Of a stretch of DNA of 48,887 nucleotides, positions 46,313 to 48,887 are shown piece by piece. The notes beneath the pieces were generated by a model, which saw nothing but the letters and a program-made list of their open reading frames with translations, did not search any database and was not told the DNA's origin. This DNA comes from an uncultured Christensenellaceae bacterium (GTDB taxonomy: Bacteria > Bacillota > Clostridia > Christensenellales > UBA3700). The stretch is taken from contig CALWKU010000049.1 in NCBI GenBank assembly GCA_944381345.1, forward strand, positions 1 to 48,887, in the 5' to 3' direction. Both the position numbers and the translations under genes were made by a program. Each line of letters starts with the position of its first letter. Position 1 is the first letter of the stretch.

Positions 46313-48511
46313 ATGAAAGGTACAGTGCTTGAAGTTATTTTTCGCAACGCCGACAACGGCTACTGCGTCCTCTATATGCAGGGGGACGCGCTGCCGTTCA
46401 CCGCTGTCGGGGTGTTTCCGCCCGTCACCGAGGGCGAGACGTTGGAGATGGAGGGCAATTGGGTCAAAAACGTCCGGTTCGGCGAGCAATTTTCCGCGAC
46501 GTCGGTCAAGGTGCTGCCGCCCACTTCCACAGAGGCGATCTTCAAGTATCTCTCGGGAGGTCTGTTCAAAGGCGTGGGCGAGGTAACAGCGTATGCGATC
46601 GTCGAGAAGTTCGGAGCAAAGACCCTCGACGTCATCGAACACCAGCCCGCGCGGCTTGCCGAGATCAAGGGTATTTCGCTCAAAAAGGCGCTTGCCATAC
46701 AGGAGTCCATGCTCTCGCTCAAAGAGATGCAGGACACGATCGTTTATCTTCAAAATTACGGCGTTTCGCTCAACCTTGCGGTCAAGATATTCAAGGCGTA
46801 CGGCAAGTCCACCGCCAAGATCGTCGAAAGCAATCCCTACAAACTCGTCGACGACATCGAAGGCGTAGGCTTTTTGACCGCAGATAAGATCGCGGCGCAG
46901 ATAGGCGTTGCTCCCGACAGCCGTTTCCGAATTGCCGCGGCGGTCGTTCATGTACTCAAAGAGGCAGCCAACAAAAACGGCGACACCTATCTGCCCGAGA
47001 ACAAACTCGTCGCAGAAGTGGATTCGCTGCTGCGCCTCGACGCGCTCGACGCAGAGACGCTGATCAAGGATATGGTCGAGGATTGCGAGGTCACGGGCAA
47101 GATCGTCAGACTCGACAAGGACGGCGAGACCGTCGATATGCTTGCGGGCAACTATGTGTGCGAAAAGTCGATCGCGACATACGTCAGGGCGATGCTCGCC
47201 AACACAGCGAGCCTGCCTCTCGACGCGGACGAGGAGATCGCTCTGTACGAAAAGCTCAACAAGATCAAGCTGCATTCCTCGCAGGCGGAGGCTGTGCGCA
47301 GCTGCCTTATGAAGGGCGTCAACATCATCACAGGCGGACCGGGCACCGGCAAGACCACGATCGTCAAATGCATAATACATCTGTTGCGCAGTCGTAATTA
47401 CACCGTCTGTCTGTGCGCTCCGACGGGTAGGGCGGCAAAGCGCCTCACCGAGACCACAGGGGTAGAGGCAAAGACGATACACCGGCTGCTCGACCTCGAT
47501 TTTTCGGACGGCAAGGGCAAGTTTATGTTCAACGAGTCGACCAAACTCGACGAGGACGTCATCATCGTCGACGAAGTCAGTATGTGCGACGACTATGTGT
47601 TCAATGCGCTGATCAAGGCGATCAAGTTCGGCGGCAGACTGATAATGGTCGGCGACAAGGATCAGCTTCCGTCGGTCGGCGCAGGCAATGTGCTTGCCGA
47701 TATGATCGCAAGCGGCATTGTCCCCGTCAGCTACCTTACGCAGATATACCGCCAAAGCGACGACAGTCTTATCGTCGAAAACGCCCACCGCATCAACGCC
47801 GGCAAGATGCCCGTTCTCAACAATCGCAGCCGCGACTTTTTCTTCGACAACAAGTCCGATCCGGAGGATATACTCTTGACCGTCACGGATATGGTCACGC
47901 GCCGTATCCCCGCATACGCCGCAGTAAAGCCCATGGACATTCAGGTGCTTTGCCCGATGAAAAAGGGCGTTATCGGCGTCGAAAATATGAACGACACCCT
48001 TCAAAATGCGCTCAATCCCGCCGCGAGGGGCAAGACGGAACTCAAAGTGGGCTTGCGAACGTTCCGTACCGGAGATAAGGTCATGCACACCGTCAACAAT
48101 TACGACCTGCAATGGACGGATGAGGAGGGGGGAGCAGGAGCGGGCGTGTTCAACGGCGACATCGGCAGGATCGAACAGATCGACCCCGTCGTTCCGTCGA
48201 TGACCGTTCTGTTTGACGACGGCAAACGCGTCAAATATATGCAAGGCGACTTTGACGACCTCACCCTCGCCTATGCGATCAGCGTCCACAAATCGCAAGG
48301 CTCGGAATTCCCCGTCGTCATCATCGCGCTGATGAGTGGCAACTATATGATCCTCACCCGCAATCTGCTCTATACCGCCGTCACACGAGCCAAAGAGATG
48401 GCTGTCCTCGTCGGCTCGTCGGACAATCTCGAAAAGATGGTCAAAAACAATTACACCGCCAAGCGGTATAGTATGCTCGAAGTTTTTTTAAGGACCGCGC
48501 AAGCGGGATGA
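46313..48511 (+). CDS. recD2: ATP-dependent RecD-like DNA helicase
   Basis: N-terminal OB/HhH region, GGPGTGKT, APTGRAA, DEVSM, GDKDQLPSVG, HKSQGSE, YTAVTRA. Confidence 0.95.
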   Translation: MKGTVLEVIFRNADNGYCVLYMQGDALPFTAVGVFPPVTEGETLEMEGNWVKNVRFGEQFSATSVKVLPPTSTEAIFKYLSGGLFKGVGEVTAYAIVEKFGAKTLDVIEHQPARLAEIKGISLKKALAIQESMLSLKEMQDTIVYLQNYGVSLNLAVKIFKAYGKSTAKIVESNPYKLVDDIEGVGFLTADKIAAQIGVAPDSRFRIAAAVVHVLKEAANKNGDTYLPENKLVAEVDSLLRLDALDAETLIKDMVEDCEVTGKIVRLDKDGETVDMLAGNYVCEKSIATYVRAMLANTASLPLDADEEIALYEKLNKIKLHSSQAEAVRSCLMKGVNIITGGPGTGKTTIVKCIIHLLRSRNYTVCLCAPTGRAAKRLTETTGVEAKTIHRLLDLDFSDGKGKFMFNESTKLDEDVIIVDEVSMCDDYVFNALIKAIKFGGRLIMVGDKDQLPSVGAGNVLADMIASGIVPVSYLTQIYRQSDDSLIVENAHRINAGKMPVLNNRSRDFFFDNKSDPEDILLTVTDMVTRRIPAYAAVKPMDIQVLCPMKKGVIGVENMNDTLQNALNPAARGKTELKVGLRTFRTGDKVMHTVNNYDLQWTDEEGGAGAGVFNGDIGRIEQIDPVVPSMTVLFDDGKRVKYMQGDFDDLTLAYAISVHKSQGSEFPVVIIALMSGNYMILTRNLLYTAVTRAKEMAVLVGSSDNLEKMVKNNYTAKRYSMLEVFLRTAQAG

Positions 48512-48713
48512 GGGCAAGGTTTTGACGTGATCTTTTGCGCGCATACTTCGTCTAGCCCCTCGCTAAGACCGCAGAGGGTATTGACCTTCGGGGACGCGAC
48601 TCGTCTGCGCGCAAAATCCCTACGTCAAAACTGCTTCGCACCGGCAAACAACGCCGACGGCAAAACGCTGTCGGTATTTTTTGCCGGCTTGCCCTCACCC
48701 CGCTTGCGCGGTC
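48493..48713. repeat. Nested inverted-repeat element (MITE/REP-like or structured RNA)
   Basis: 26-bp terminal arms 48493-48518 / 48688-48713 (1 mismatch); inner stems 48519-28/48622-31, 48533-43/48606-16, 48641-48/48680-87. Confidence 0.8.
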
Positions 48714-48791
48714 TTAATTTATTTGCTTGTTACATCGGCGGGAAGGAGAGCGCGCGTCGGCGCGCGGCTAAGACCGCAGAGGGTATTGACC
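48562..48791 (+). repeat. Perfect 25-bp direct repeat, two copies
   Basis: GCTAAGACCGCAGAGGGTATTGACC at 48562-48586 and 48767-48791. Confidence 0.9.
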
Positions 48792-48887
48792 ATTTCAGTT
48801 CCGCGCCGCAAAGCGAGCGCGAAAACGTGGGAAGAAATGACAAGGCGGATCGTCCCCCGAATTGACACAATTTTTGACACAAAAAAC

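Noticed and set aside
1-48887. Prophage, integrase, transposase, tRNA/rRNA genes or defence island
   Set aside because: No such motifs recognised; recD2, tatD, the macrodomain and the exonuclease are scattered in housekeeping contexts rather than clustered.

Overview
GC-rich chromosomal segment that looks clostridial (inference from sigma-A TTGACA/TATAAT promoters, GGAGG RBSs, spmAB spore genes and the yabB-rsmI...metG-tatD-ksgA synteny). It holds a 5'-truncated acidic repeat protein, an mgsA-macrodomain-sialidase-nanEKA operon, a Zn-phospholipase C-like gene divergent from a DEDDh exonuclease, and pyrBCFKDE extended by a purine nucleoside phosphorylase and an MTA/SAH-type deaminase. Next come an ABC-F, an Lrp plus aminotransferase, a GDSL esterase, a 1391-aa membrane-anchored repeat protein coupled to a PfkB kinase, and a 1.2-kb non-coding gap. 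The rest is RNA-methylation/metG housekeeping genes, two ABC exporters, a GH16 lipoprotein, an orphan oadB/oadG pair, luxS and recD2. No rRNA, tRNA, cas gene, integrase or transposase was seen. Main unexplained signals: (1) a variant yybP-ykoY (Mn2+-class) riboswitch with an overlapping terminator ahead of an alpha-subunit-less Na+-decarboxylase beta/gamma pair; (2) a stand-alone ~85-nt sRNA candidate carrying an anti-SD/anti-AUG tract; (3) a giant ~300-aa-repeat protein coupled to a kinase with the PPi-dependent RxGRGD signature; (4) dispersed structured intergenic repeats. All calls come from reading the sequence by eye; no database searches were run.
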